Shown: positions 28,119 to 41,619 of the stretch, piece by piece
Layout: each line of letters starts with the position of its first letter
Position numbering within the stretch: position 1 is the stretch's first letter
Notes under the pieces: generated by a model
Database searches by the model: none
What the model was told of the DNA's origin: nothing
The model's input: the letters and a program-made list of their open reading frames with translations, nothing else
Assembly: GCA_964565195.1 (NCBI GenBank)
Contig: CAZMCQ010000003.1
Span: 24,080-88,079 of the forward strand
Source of the DNA: an uncultured Candidatus Saccharibacteria bacterium
GTDB lineage: Bacteria > Patescibacteriota > Doudnabacteria > UBA920 > 2-01-FULL-46-14
Direction: 5' to 3'
Length of the DNA: 64,000 bases
Translations under genes and position numbers: made by a program

Positions 28119-28375
28119 TGCAAATTGTTTTACACAAAAGATTTAAACGGCGATATAAAAAACTCCGGGCCTTGCAAAAGCAAATTGATGAAAGGCTTTT
28201 TTTATTTGCGCACAATCCATTTCATCCGATTTTAAACAATCACGCACTGATTGGCAAGTATAAGAATTATCGTAGTATTAACATTACTGGTGATTATCGA
28301 GCTCTCTATGAACCGATTGCCAGAAATAAGGCGTTTTTTGTCATAGTAGATACCCACAGCAATTTGTATAAATGA
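28118..28375 (+). CDS. RelE/StbE/YafQ-family mRNA interferase toxin
   Basis: FKRRYKKL, NHALIG, SINITGDYR and THSNLY motifs. Confidence 0.88.
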   Translation: MQIVLHKRFKRRYKKLRALQKQIDERLFLFAHNPFHPILNNHALIGKYKNYRSINITGDYRALYEPIARNKAFFVIVDTHSNLYK

Positions 28376-28821
28376 AAATCGTCATTGACACCAATGTTTT
28401 AATCAATGGCGCTGCGGATGAGCAGTCCGTGGCTTTTAAGATTGTCAAGGAGGTGATCGAGGGTCGCATTGAGGCATATGCTACGCACCAGACCATGAGT
28501 GAAAACCGGCAGATGCTGCGCAAGCTTGTCCGCGACCCCGAGTACCGCGAGCTTCTGGAAGAGTATTTTCGCAACCTGCAAATTGTGAAAGTTTTTCAGG
28601 CGCTAAATGTGGTGGCTGACCCCGAGGACAACAAATTGTTCGAATCCGCCGCTTCTTCCGGCGCGGAGTATTTGATTTCCAATGACAAAGAAGTCCTTGC
28701 TGTCGAACAGTATCACAACACCAAGATCGTCCCGCCGGACGAGTTCTGGGCGACCTATAAAAACGAAACCGACGACGGCTCGGCGTGGAATGACTGGGCG
28801 AAGATGCTGATGGGAAAGTAG
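28372..28821 (+). CDS. PIN domain protein (putative toxin)
   Basis: VIDTNVL, DPEDNKLFE and ISNDKE motifs. Confidence 0.85.
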   Translation: MKIVIDTNVLINGAADEQSVAFKIVKEVIEGRIEAYATHQTMSENRQMLRKLVRDPEYRELLEEYFRNLQIVKVFQALNVVADPEDNKLFESAASSGAEYLISNDKEVLAVEQYHNTKIVPPDEFWATYKNETDDGSAWNDWAKMLMGK

Positions 28822-28863
28822 TTTGTTGAATTTTTCACACATTTGTGTGCATTTTTCAATAAA
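28822..28863. repeat. family F 42-nt palindrome
   Basis: Reverse complement aligns without gaps to 11032-11073. Confidence 0.6.
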
Positions 28864-28937
28864 CATTTTAGACAAAATAAAAACGCCTGCGGACCGGGGG
28901 TAATCCGCAGGGCGGTTATTCTTGGCTTGTGGCTTCG

Positions 28938-29393
28938 CTAGCCGGGGGGCATTGGGGCAACAGCCTTCTTCTCGAGATACACGAACCAGATTGTCGCGGA
29001 GTTGGAATTTTGTGGATGGTTTACCCGGAGAACCTGGAGTAGCTCGAATTTTTCAGACTCTCCCTCCGCGCACTTGAATATTTCGTAAAGCGCGACACTC
29101 TTTCCTCGCGATGAGAATTTACACTGGTATTTTCCCTCAAACGGCGCCGTGTCAAAACTCACCCAGATACTAGCCTGCTTGACCATGAGAGGGTTTTTAA
29201 CGCGGGCGGCGATTCCTGGAAGGGTGTAAAGGATCGTGACCCCGTCACCAGCCAAAACGCTTTTGTTGTCCCCGGTCAGTATTGAGCCGACAATCACACC
29301 GCCAATGAAACTTAGCTGCGCGCTGGCGTTGACAATAGAGACCAGAAAGCAAAAGAACAGGCAGAACGCTGCCTTTATTTTTTGAGTTTGCAT
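28938..29393 (-). CDS. hypothetical exported protein
   Basis: Signal-peptide-like N-terminus, SD AAGGAGG, terminator at ~28876-28915. Confidence 0.65.
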   Translation of the reverse strand: MQTQKIKAAFCLFFCFLVSIVNASAQLSFIGGVIVGSILTGDNKSVLAGDGVTILYTLPGIAARVKNPLMVKQASIWVSFDTAPFEGKYQCKFSSRGKSVALYEIFKCAEGESEKFELLQVLRVNHPQNSNSATIWFVYLEKKAVAPMPPG

Positions 29394-29469
29394 AGGCTCC
29401 TCCTTGAGCTTCATAAGGTAGCATTAAATCTCATTTTTGTCAAAAGCTTTTGTGCTAAAATAAGGATAT

Positions 29470-32445
29470 ATGTCAACGAAAGCCAAGCTTAAGATTGAAA
29501 CCAAATCCCCGGCCTCGACAAAGCGAGGCGAGGTGAGCAAGCTTCTCGAGGGGCTGAATGAGGCGCAAAGGCAGGCCGCCACGCATGGCGAGGGGCCGCT
29601 TTTGATTGTGGCCGGGGCAGGGACTGGCAAAACCACGGTTATCACGAGGCGCGTGGCGTATTTTATTGAGCAGGGGACAAAGCCCGAAGAAATTCTGGCG
29701 CTCGCGTTCGGCGAGCGGGCCGCCGCGGAAATGGAAGAGCGCGTGGATGAGCTTCTGCCGCTTGGAGTAGTAAATATACAAGTCTCTACATTTCACGCGT
29801 TCTGCGAACAAGTTTTGCATGAATACGGCATTGCCATCGGCCTGCCGGATTTTAAAATTCTCGACGAGGTCGGGCAGTGGCTCCTCATCAGAAACAATCT
29901 CGAGAAATTCGACCTTCAGTATTACCGCCCCTTGGGCAACCCGACCAAATTCATCAAGGCGCTCGTTAAACATTTTGCGCGGGCCAAGGATGAGCTCGTG
30001 ACGCCGGATGAGTATTTGGATTATGCGGAGAAGCTGGAGTTGGAGAATGACCAGGCAGAAAGCGGAATGAAGCACCCTGTCATCCTGAGCGCGAGCGAAG
30101 GATCTCACCACTCGGACAGAGATTCTTCGGCTGCGCCTCAGAATGACGAGGTTTCCAGGGTTGAGGAGGTCGCGAATGCCTACCATGTTTATCAGAAACT
30201 TTTAGTTGAGAATAGCGCCTTGGATTTTGCGGACTTGATTTCCTATACAATTGAACTTTTCAAAAAACGTCCGAAAATTTTGGAACATTACAGAAACCGC
30301 TTCGAGTATATTCTCGTTGATGAGTTTCAGGATACCAACTACGCGCAGTATGAGCTTTTGAAACTGCTGGCCGCGCCTCGCAATAATATTACCGTGGTCG
30401 GCGACGATGACCAGAGCATTTTCAAATTCCGCGGCGCGTCTATTTCCAACATCCTGCATTTTCAGAGGGATTACCCGAAAGCCAAATTCATCTCTTTGAC
30501 TGACAATTACCGCTCCAAACAGAATATTTTGGACCTGGCCCATAGCTTTATCAAACAAAATGACCCGGATCGGCTCGAGGTAAAACTGAAACTTTCCAAG
30601 CGGCTGAAAAGCAGCCGCGGGGGCGACGGCAAAATAGAGGCGATCACGGCTGACAATTATGTTTTGGAGGCCGAGGCAGTGGTGCGGAAGATTACTGAAC
30701 TAATGTCGCTCTCACCTCAATCCTGGAACGACTTTGCTATCCTCGCGCGCTCGCATGAGCTTTTGGAGCCGTTTATCGCGGAGCTTGAGAAAAACCGAAT
30801 TCCCTATATCTATTTTGCCAACCGCGGCCTTTACCACAAGCCGCTCATCTTGGATTTGCTTTCGTATTTCAAAGTTTTGCTCGACTATCACGACAGCCAG
30901 GCATTCTACCGCGTTTTGAAACTGCCAGTCTTTGCAATCTCCGACAGCGCCATCGTGGAGCTCTCGCACCATGCGCACCGGAAGGCCGCCTCGCTCTATG
31001 AGGCAGTCCGGCAAAAAGCCATTGCCAAAGTATTAACAACCATAGAAAAACACGCGCATCTGGCGCGGGAAAAAAGCGCGCTGGAGGTCTATACTACGGT
31101 GTTTAATGACCTCGAATTTACCAAGGCGATTGATCTCGAGTCGCAGGAGGGCTGGCAGAACGCGCGGTACAATGATGCCTTCCTGCGGCGCCTGCAGCAG
31201 TTTATGGTCGAGAGTCGCGACCGCTCGCTTGCCGCGTTTATGAATGAGATCGCCTTTGAACAGGAGGCCGGCAGCGAAGGGGAGCTGGCGTTTGATCCCG
31301 AGGCCGGCCCGGAGGCGGTTAAACTGCTAACCGTGCATGGAGCAAAGGGTTTGGAGTTTTCCGATGTCTTTGTCGTGGGTCTCGTGGACAAACGTTTCCC
31401 GAGCATTGAGCGCAAGGAGCAGATCGAACTCCCCGTGGAGCTGGTCAAAGATATTCTGCCGACCGGGGATATTCATCTTGAAGAGGAACGGCGGCTTTTT
31501 TATGTGGCGATGACGCGGGCCAAAGACGGGTTGTATTTGACGCGGGCGCTGGACTATGGCGGCAAGCAGACCAAGCGGCCTTCGCGCTTTTTGATCGAGC
31601 TCGGCCTGGCCGAAGTCGAAAAAGCGCAACCCACGGGCCAGGTGGCCTTGAAAATCCCGAAGCGCGGCAGGCTGCAGCTGCCGATTCCGAAAAATTTTTC
31701 CTTTAGTCAAATTTCCGCCTTCATTGCCTGCCCGCTTCGCTATAAATACCGCTACATTCTGCGTCTGCCGGAACCCGGCAACGCCAGTTTGTCTTTCGGG
31801 CAGAGCGTGCATAAAACCCTCGAGAAGTTTCTAAAGCACGTTCAGGAAAGCGTTGGCCGCCAGGATCTGTTTGGCAAAACTGCGGCGCGCCCGGAGCCGC
31901 CCGGCTTTGCCCTCCTGCAGAAATATTATGAGGAATCGTGGATTGACGACTGGTATCCTTCAAAATCAATCCGGGAGGAGCACCATCGGCTTGGCCTGGC
32001 CGCGCTAAAAATTTTTTACGAAGAATTCAAAGCCGCCGCGCCCCACGTCAAATATCTGGAAAAGAAATTTCGGCTGAAACTCCGGGACGTCTGGTTTGAC
32101 GGCAAGATCGATCGCGCTGACCAGACCGATGACGGCCTGATCATTATCGATTACAAAACCGGCGCCGCGCGCCAAATCTCGGATGTGGACCATGACCAGC
32201 TCCTCTCCTACCAATGGGCCGCGCAGGAATTCCTGAAAGAACGTGTTCAGAGCTTGCAATACTGGTATCTTCGCGATAAGCTGGAGAAGAAGGAATTCCT
32301 GGGTACCGACGAGCAGATTGCGAAGCTGCAGGACAAATTTTACCGGAATATTCAGGAAATTATCGCGTGCATAAAAAATAACAATTTTCTCGAAGCGGAC
32401 CTGCGGCGGGCGCATGAGTGCGCCTACCGCAAATTAGAATTATGA
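29470..32445 (+). CDS. UvrD/PcrA-family helicase fused to C-terminal PD-(D/E)XK nuclease
   Basis: AGAGTGKT, VDEFQD, GDDDQSI, EERRLFYVAMTRA, then GKIDR..IIDYKTG. Confidence 0.93.
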   Translation: MSTKAKLKIETKSPASTKRGEVSKLLEGLNEAQRQAATHGEGPLLIVAGAGTGKTTVITRRVAYFIEQGTKPEEILALAFGERAAAEMEERVDELLPLGVVNIQVSTFHAFCEQVLHEYGIAIGLPDFKILDEVGQWLLIRNNLEKFDLQYYRPLGNPTKFIKALVKHFARAKDELVTPDEYLDYAEKLELENDQAESGMKHPVILSASEGSHHSDRDSSAAPQNDEVSRVEEVANAYHVYQKLLVENSALDFADLISYTIELFKKRPKILEHYRNRFEYILVDEFQDTNYAQYELLKLLAAPRNNITVVGDDDQSIFKFRGASISNILHFQRDYPKAKFISLTDNYRSKQNILDLAHSFIKQNDPDRLEVKLKLSKRLKSSRGGDGKIEAITADNYVLEAEAVVRKITELMSLSPQSWNDFAILARSHELLEPFIAELEKNRIPYIYFANRGLYHKPLILDLLSYFKVLLDYHDSQAFYRVLKLPVFAISDSAIVELSHHAHRKAASLYEAVRQKAIAKVLTTIEKHAHLAREKSALEVYTTVFNDLEFTKAIDLESQEGWQNARYNDAFLRRLQQFMVESRDRSLAAFMNEIAFEQEAGSEGELAFDPEAGPEAVKLLTVHGAKGLEFSDVFVVGLVDKRFPSIERKEQIELPVELVKDILPTGDIHLEEERRLFYVAMTRAKDGLYLTRALDYGGKQTKRPSRFLIELGLAEVEKAQPTGQVALKIPKRGRLQLPIPKNFSFSQISAFIACPLRYKYRYILRLPEPGNASLSFGQSVHKTLEKFLKHVQESVGRQDLFGKTAARPEPPGFALLQKYYEESWIDDWYPSKSIREEHHRLGLAALKIFYEEFKAAAPHVKYLEKKFRLKLRDVWFDGKIDRADQTDDGLIIIDYKTGAARQISDVDHDQLLSYQWAAQEFLKERVQSLQYWYLRDKLEKKEFLGTDEQIAKLQDKFYRNIQEIIACIKNNNFLEADLRRAHECAYRKLEL
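30079..30147. repeat. family A element, 69 nt, in frame within the helicase
   Basis: Encodes VILSASEGSHHSDRDSSAAPQND; matches 13905-13971. Confidence 0.88.
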
Positions 32446-33314
32446 ATCAAGCAGCAGGCAGCAGGGACAGGACGATGATTGTGGCGATTGCCGCCGCGGT
32501 CAGTTTTTTGGGTCTGGAGAGCTTGAGCTTTGTTATCGGCCAATACCAGGTTGCGATTTTTCTGCAGGTCAGTTTTTATGTGTACCTCTTCCTGATTTTC
32601 TGGCAGAGCTTTGTGTTCGACCTGCATTTGAAAGGCGTCCACCCGATCAGGAGGGGACTAAAAGAACGTTTTGGATATATGCTGGAGCGCGGCCATTGGC
32701 TGCACTTTCAAAATTATCTGGTGCTGCCCGGGGTAATCTACTGGATGACCGTCGCGCTTTTATATCTCCGGCCCTTCGAAGAGGCCTTCAAACAGACGGT
32801 CATCGTTTTCTCGACCTTGGCGCTCACCATCGGGTTTTGGTATCTCAAAAAAACTTTTTACCGACACGGCGAGGCGAGCCGCAACACGCGGCAGCTCATT
32901 TTTCTTGCCAAGGTTTACGCGTCCTATCTCGCGTTCGCTGCGTCACTGGGCGTGGTGCGCTACTTCGGCCTGGGCGTCGGTTTGTTTGTCGCAGTGGTGT
33001 TTTGCCTCACTTTTTTGTTGTTCTACCAGGCCTTTTTTCAGCATCACAGTCTGAACTTTGCCGCGTTTCGCCTGATGCTGGCCGCCGGTAGTCTGCTCGC
33101 CATCCTCGCCTATATTATTTTTTACATCTGGAACGTCAATTACTACAGCGCCGCGCTCGTACTAACCGCATTTTATAATACCATCTGGGGCGTCATCCAT
33201 CACCAGTATATTGATCGCGATTTGACGCGGGAGATTGTACTCGAGTATGTCGCGGTTTTATTTCTGATTTTGGTGATCGTCTTTTCCACCACCAACTTCG
33301 CGGAAAGAATATAA
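32442..33314 (+). CDS. multi-pass membrane protein
   Basis: About 9-10 hydrophobic segments. Confidence 0.75.
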   Translation: MNQAAGSRDRTMIVAIAAAVSFLGLESLSFVIGQYQVAIFLQVSFYVYLFLIFWQSFVFDLHLKGVHPIRRGLKERFGYMLERGHWLHFQNYLVLPGVIYWMTVALLYLRPFEEAFKQTVIVFSTLALTIGFWYLKKTFYRHGEASRNTRQLIFLAKVYASYLAFAASLGVVRYFGLGVGLFVAVVFCLTFLLFYQAFFQHHSLNFAAFRLMLAAGSLLAILAYIIFYIWNVNYYSAALVLTAFYNTIWGVIHHQYIDRDLTREIVLEYVAVLFLILVIVFSTTNFAERI

Positions 33315-33325
33315 CGCTATTCAAA

Positions 33326-34270
33326 CTACCACCACCAGATCAGAATCGAGATTATCACCAGCAGAAAAAAGTTCAAAAAATGATAGCTGGAATGGCCACG
33401 GCCGGTGATGATTTGACGGCCGTAGATGATAATTGTATCAATGGTCAGGATGGCGAGCATTACCACGCCGAAGAGTGTGAAGACGAGTCGTGGCCAGAAA
33501 GGCTGCTGCTCGCCGGCGGCTTTTGGTGCTGGAATGACTGTTTTGATTTCTTCAACGAGGCCAGGCAGGATATATTTTTCCCTGGCCAGGGGCGCGGTGA
33601 GAGTTGCATCGGTTGGCGCCGGCGGAAGATTATTTATAGTTTGGGATAGGGCCTCCTTTGGCTCCGGCGGCGGGGGATTGGGCACAGTCTGGGGCGCCGG
33701 CCGCGCCGCACTTTCGCCGGCAACCGGATATAGCGCGCCAAACAGACTCGTGGTCACGTTGGTATAGCGTTCCTGGAAATTTCCATAGAGCGTTTTCAGA
33801 CCCTGGTCGATAAAGTCCGTATTCAGCATATTTGCGCGGTGCGTTGGGCTATCCACCCAGGCCTTCACCATACCCTCTGATGTGGAAAAGTCAATGGCGA
33901 GATTTTCGCCGAGAATTTTGTAGGGCGCATAGCCGGCTTTGACGATCCGCCCCCAGACATAGTCGCCGTCCGGATCAATATGCGCGAAATAATCGCGCGC
34001 GAGCATATCCGAGGATTTCCCATCGGCGGCGGTGTTTAGGGCCGGACTTAAAAGCAGGGTGGGGATATTGCGCGCGGCGCGTTCGCTGTTGATGAGATTC
34101 ATGATCAACCCGGACTCGACCGCAGCCGCCTCGGCCGGCGGCGGGGCGAGCAGAAAGAGCCGCAACAGAAGCAGGACCAGGGCATAGATGAGAAACGCTT
34201 TGTAGGACAGCACCGGCGGCCGGTAGTTGTTCTCCTGCCTGGCAATGAAAAAGTTTGTGATTTTCCCCAT
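33326..34270 (-). CDS. CAP/SCP domain membrane protein
   Basis: DMLARDYFAH, GENLA, WVDSPTHRAN motifs; C-terminal TMs. Confidence 0.9.
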   Translation of the reverse strand: MGKITNFFIARQENNYRPPVLSYKAFLIYALVLLLLRLFLLAPPPAEAAAVESGLIMNLINSERAARNIPTLLLSPALNTAADGKSSDMLARDYFAHIDPDGDYVWGRIVKAGYAPYKILGENLAIDFSTSEGMVKAWVDSPTHRANMLNTDFIDQGLKTLYGNFQERYTNVTTSLFGALYPVAGESAARPAPQTVPNPPPPEPKEALSQTINNLPPAPTDATLTAPLAREKYILPGLVEEIKTVIPAPKAAGEQQPFWPRLVFTLFGVVMLAILTIDTIIIYGRQIITGRGHSSYHFLNFFLLVIISILIWWW

Positions 34271-34297
34271 AAACTGGTATAATTATATCGCAAAGTT

Positions 34298-34615
34298 ATG
34301 CTAAAGTCGAAGTCCCGCGCGTGGCCAATAGTTTTGTTTGCGCTTTCCCTCGGAGTGGCGACGGCGATTGTCGTGGGGGTGGATCCCGCGCGGGGCGAGT
34401 TGTGGCAGTTGGCCCTTTTATATCTTGCTGTCTTCACCCTGGTTTACGCGCTGGTTTTGCTGATCGTGCCTCATATCCGCAAGCAAGCCGCGCTGGTCGC
34501 GCTCCTGACCGTCGCCGCTTTGCTGCTCCTTGCGCAGGGGATGTTCACGCCCACGAGCGGTATTCTACTGCTGGCCCTTTTTGTCCTTATCGAGCTTTAT
34601 GCCATCTCCCGCTAA
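34298..34615 (+). CDS. small four-TM membrane protein
   Basis: Hydrophobic ORF at the head of a coupled operon. Confidence 0.7.
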   Translation: MLKSKSRAWPIVLFALSLGVATAIVVGVDPARGELWQLALLYLAVFTLVYALVLLIVPHIRKQAALVALLTVAALLLLAQGMFTPTSGILLLALFVLIELYAISR

Positions 34616-35342
34616 TTACGTTACGGATGGGCGCGAATATTTGAGGTTTTTAGCCTCGGGCAGCGGCGCGCTGATGCGGGGGATGCTCACGCCGATCCTG
34701 CTCGAGATGATTGATGCTTCCGGTAAGACGCTCCTTGATCTCGGCTGCGGTGAGGGTTACTACACTCGACTGTTTCGGCAGAGGGGCGCCCAGGCTGCGG
34801 TGGGCATTGATATTTCCGAAACTCTTTTGGCCGAGGCGCGTAAACAGGACCCGCCGGGGCGGTACTTTCTCCTCGATTTTAACGCGCAAAGTTTTCCCGG
34901 AGAAGAACGCTTTGATGTAATTCTCGCCAATATGGTGCTCATGAATTTTCAAGATTTAAAGTCCAGCTTTGCGAAATTGGCCGGCCTGATGAAACTCGGT
35001 GGGCAGTTGACTGTTGTAATCGCCAATCCCTTTTATGCCTACCCGGTCGGGCAGTGGAAGCGATCCTGGTTTGGCAAACTGCGCCTGGTCGTCGGCAATT
35101 ATTTTGCGCCGCAGGCCAGGGATTTCTCGTTTCCGGAAAGCGAGTTGAAATTTCCGCATTATCATCACCTCCTTTCAGAGTATGTTAATTATGCAATGGA
35201 CGCAGGATTCACGCTCCACGAATTGCGCGAACCCGCCATCCCTTCAGAACTTTCGAAAAAATACCGCGGCGTTTTGCTGGCTAAACAATTAACAGCGGTG
35301 CCAATTTTTCAAATCTTAAATTTTAAATATGGACAAAAATAA
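34599..35342 (+). CDS. class I SAM-dependent methyltransferase
   Basis: LLDLGCGEG, GIDIS and FDVILAN motifs. Confidence 0.88.
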   Translation: MPSPANYVTDGREYLRFLASGSGALMRGMLTPILLEMIDASGKTLLDLGCGEGYYTRLFRQRGAQAAVGIDISETLLAEARKQDPPGRYFLLDFNAQSFPGEERFDVILANMVLMNFQDLKSSFAKLAGLMKLGGQLTVVIANPFYAYPVGQWKRSWFGKLRLVVGNYFAPQARDFSFPESELKFPHYHHLLSEYVNYAMDAGFTLHELREPAIPSELSKKYRGVLLAKQLTAVPIFQILNFKYGQK

Positions 35343-36386
35343 AAACGATCCGCTTGACAACCTCGACTACGACGTCATGCCAGGGGTTGGCAATGCTGCA
35401 CCACGGTTGGCCATTGACGTAAAGCCCGCTGCGCCTACGACGCCTGCGGTTCCGCCTGTCATACATGGCCATTGGAATTGGCGCGTCATCGGTATTTCCG
35501 CGGCCGGCGCGCTGCTGTTTGTTAGTCTCTCGCTTTGGGCCTACTGGAAATACGTGGTGAATTACGATCCCGAAGGGGAGAGCGCGCCGTCAAACGCCAG
35601 CAACATCATCGTGCCTCCGCCAGAGAACAACACGGACACGGATGCGGACGGGCTTACCGACAGCCGCGAGGAAGAACTCGGCGTCGATCCGGGAAAAGCC
35701 GACAGCGATGGCGACGGCTTGGCGGACGGCGATGAGGTCAACGTTTACCACTCGGATCCGCTTCTGCCAGATACGGACAGCGATACTTTCCAGGACGGAC
35801 AGGAGGTCAAGGACGGCTATGATCCAGCGGTAAATTCCGGCAGCAAAGCGCCGGCGGAAACATTGAAATTGTGGGAGGACCGCATCATTGAATTTGGCCT
35901 GCACGAGCCGACCAAAACGACTCTGAATGTGCCGGCGCAAAATGAGCAAACCATGGAAACCCCGGAGGCAGCAGTTTATGCGAATGCCGTTTTTAAATAT
36001 TCCACGGCCGTGCCGAATCTCCTCGAGGTGCGCGAATCAAGCGATAAACGCAACGTCGGCTTCCGCATCAAGGGCGCGGCGGTGGAGGACGAGGATGTCA
36101 CGACTGACCCGATTTATATCACAGCCGCGGTCAATGCCGGCGGGGAAACTTTGCGCGAGTGGGTGGCTGGGCAGTACCAGCCCGCCACGGACTATGATTC
36201 GCTGCAGGAGCTGAAAATCAACGGCATTGACGCAATCAGGATTACCGGCGTGGCGGGCGAGATTTGCGACGGCAACAAAGTTTTTGTGGCCAGGGATACT
36301 GCGGTTATCATCCTCACCTGGCAGTGCAACAATATTGCCGCGTTTGGCCAGCTTTTTGATCAGATTGTGCAGAGCTTTAAATGGCA

Positions 36387-36390
<4 letters not shown>
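35329..36390 (+). CDS. membrane-anchored protein with DxDxDG calcium-binding repeats
   Basis: DTDADGLTD, DSDGDGLADGDE, DTDSDTFQDGQE; PsbP-like C-terminus. Confidence 0.8.
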
Positions 36391-39454
<3,064 letters not shown>

Positions 39455-39701
39455 AGGGCAGGTTATAGGAGATAGGTTATAGGTTTTAGGAAGAAACGAT
39501 TGTATCAGTTTCGTGCGGCCGTCTAATTTTGATACAATCGCTCGTTCTAAATTCTTGGCCGAGAATTTAGGAACTCCAGCGCTTAAGAAAACACTTCTGG
39601 TTATCACTAGATTTGTTCGCCAGTGAATAACGTAATTTAAAAAAAAAGCCCGGGCAGCGCGACTTGGTAGTCGCACCGCCGCGGGCTTTGAAACCAGTTG
39701 A

Positions 39702-40073
39702 TTAGTACAAAACGCCTGCACTGCAGCCGCCGAGTTCCGGTTCTCCTTCGAGATTGACTGGACGAATTGAGAGTCCGTAACTTTGCGCCAGCGTTACCAA
39801 CGGAAAGTTGTCTGGCTCAGCGCATGAAACGGCGAGGCGCATCTTGGAAAGCTCGCCGTTTGCCGGATCAGTCTTGTCTTCCAGGCCTGCAAACCACTCG
39901 CCATCCCGGAAGAAGTTTTGACCTTGCACGTCCAGCCCCAAATCCTTGGCCTCCTCGAGAAATCTTTCGAGGTCTGTCAGACTGTCCTGAAGGCGCATTA
40001 TTACGTACCCGATGATCATTGCGATTACAGCAATGATTCCAATACCAGCGAGAACCTCAACGAGTGACGGCAT
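39702..40073 (-). CDS. hypothetical protein with N-terminal TM
   Basis: SD AGGAGG; terminator hairpin plus T tract at ~39638-39690. Confidence 0.65.
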   Translation of the reverse strand: MPSLVEVLAGIGIIAVIAMIIGYVIMRLQDSLTDLERFLEEAKDLGLDVQGQNFFRDGEWFAGLEDKTDPANGELSKMRLAVSCAEPDNFPLVTLAQSYGLSIRPVNLEGEPELGGCSAGVLY

Positions 40074-40118
40074 GAAACCTCCTATAAAGTGAGTATTTGG
40101 TACAATTATTTCAAAAAT

Positions 40119-40148
40119 TTGACAGACCGTCAAGGGGTGCGGTATAAT
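40119..40148 (+). promoter_or_regulatory. sigma70 promoter for secE-nusG-rplK-rplA
   Basis: TTGACA-18 nt-TATAAT. Confidence 0.7.
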
Positions 40149-40204
40149 GCATTCAGTTAAATTGAAAGGCCCGGAAAGGCCTTTTAAAATAGGCCGTAAT
40201 CGGC

Positions 40205-40268
40205 CGTATCCCCGAGCAGTCGGGGATACATAAGATAAGAATGGATTCCCGCCTTCGCGGGAATGACA
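40205..40268. repeat. family A element (degenerate left arm)
   Basis: Right arm TGGATTCCCGCCTTCGCGGGAATGACA; left arm GTATCCCCGAGCAGTCGGGGATAC. Confidence 0.75.
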
Positions 40269-40274
40269 GGCGTT

Positions 40275-40463
40275 ATGAATAAACTATTGCAATTTTTGAA
40301 AGACGTGCGCGTGGAGCTGGCCAAAGTGGTCTGGCCGAGCCGGCGCGAGGCCATCCGCGCCACGGGCATTGTGATTTTGTTTTCGCTCGCAGTCGCGGCC
40401 TTCCTGGGACTCATTGATTTTGGTCTGGCCAAGCTCATAGGTTTAATCGTTGATCTAAAATGA
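40275..40463 (+). CDS. secE: preprotein translocase subunit SecE
   Basis: ELAKVVWPSR motif. Confidence 0.95.
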   Translation: MNKLLQFLKDVRVELAKVVWPSRREAIRATGIVILFSLAVAAFLGLIDFGLAKLIGLIVDLK

Positions 40464-40475
40464 AGACCTCTCTTA

Positions 40476-40532
40476 AACCCCTCTTTAATTCTCCCCCCTG
40501 CCTTGCCGGCCGGCAGGTCGACAGGGGAGAAA
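40476..40532. repeat. family B element with nested CCTGCC..GGCAGG hairpin
   Basis: TTCTCCCCCCTG...CAGGGGAGAA arms. Confidence 0.6.
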
Positions 40533-40548
40533 TAAAGGAAGATAACTA

Positions 40549-41094
40549 GTGCCGAGACAGATAACCACAGGGGAAAAGCATTGGTATGTCTTGCATACTT
40601 ATTCCGGCTACGAGGATTCTGTCGTGAACAACCTCAAGCAGCGCATTGAATCCATGGGTATGGAGGACAAGATTTTTGACGTGACTGTGCCGAAGGAGAA
40701 AAAAATCAAGATTCGCGACGGCAAGCGCGTCACGGTCGAGGAGAAAATTTTTCCCGGCTATGTGCTCGTACAGATGATCGTGACCGACGACTCCTGGTAT
40801 GTGGTGCGCAATACCCCGAACGTGACCGGCTTCGTCGGCTCGGGCACGGTGCCCACGCCCATCTCGGATGAGGAGATCAAGACCATCCAGAAGCGGATGG
40901 GCATGGAAGAGCCGAAATACAAGATTGAGTTCAAGGTGACGGATCTCGTCCGCATCACGGACGGCCCGTTCAAGGATTATGAGGGCAAAGTGTCCGAGAT
41001 AGACGAGGCGAAAGGGAAGATTAAAGTGTTGGTATCCATTTTTGGAAGAGAGACGCCGGTGGAATTGGATTTTTTGCAAGCGAAAAAGTTGTAA
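40549..41094 (+). CDS. nusG: transcription factor NusG
   Basis: WYVLHTYSGYE, FPGYV and FGRETPVEL motifs. Confidence 0.97.
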   Translation: MPRQITTGEKHWYVLHTYSGYEDSVVNNLKQRIESMGMEDKIFDVTVPKEKKIKIRDGKRVTVEEKIFPGYVLVQMIVTDDSWYVVRNTPNVTGFVGSGTVPTPISDEEIKTIQKRMGMEEPKYKIEFKVTDLVRITDGPFKDYEGKVSEIDEAKGKIKVLVSIFGRETPVELDFLQAKKL

Positions 41095-41193
41095 TACAAT
41101 TAATTTCTTTAATATCGCGCAGGCCGAAAGGCCAAGCAAGTTTCAATAAATTTCGCGATATTTGTGGAGACTTGTGGAAATATATAGAAATTT

Positions 41194-41619
41194 ATGGCGA
41201 AGAAGGTAAAGACAACAATTAAGCTGCAGATTCCGGCGGGCAAGGCCAATCCGGCGCCGCCGATTGGCACGGCGCTTGGGCCGCACGGTATCAATATCAT
41301 GGATTTCTGCAAGGTCTTCAACGAGAGAACCCGCGACAAGGGCGATTCCGTGATTCCGGTCGTGATGACGATCTACGAGGACCGCAGTTTTCAATTTATC
41401 CTCAAAACTCCGCCAGTCTCGGACATGATCAAGAAAGCGCTCAAAGTGGAGAAGGGCGCGAGCAACCCCCTCAAGAATAAGATCGGAAAATTAAGCCGCG
41501 CCCAGCTGCGCCAGATCGCGGAAGCGAAAATGGCCGATCTCAATGCCAATAGTATCGCCGCCGCGGAAAAGATTGTTGCCGGAACGGCAAGAAGCATGGG
41601 AGTCGAGGTAGAAAATTAA
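41194..41619 (+). CDS. rplK: 50S ribosomal protein L11
   Basis: [15 protein letters not shown] and GTARSMG motifs. Confidence 0.98.
   Translation: MAKKVKTTIKLQIPAGKANPAPPIGTALGPHGINIMDFCKVFNERTRDKGDSVIPVVMTIYEDRSFQFILKTPPVSDMIKKALKVEKGASNPLKNKIGKLSRAQLRQIAEAKMADLNANSIAAAEKIVAGTARSMGVEVEN

Noticed and set aside
31855-31872. RQDLF in the helicase nuclease domain as a sliding-clamp motif
   Set aside because: Short imperfect match that could arise by chance
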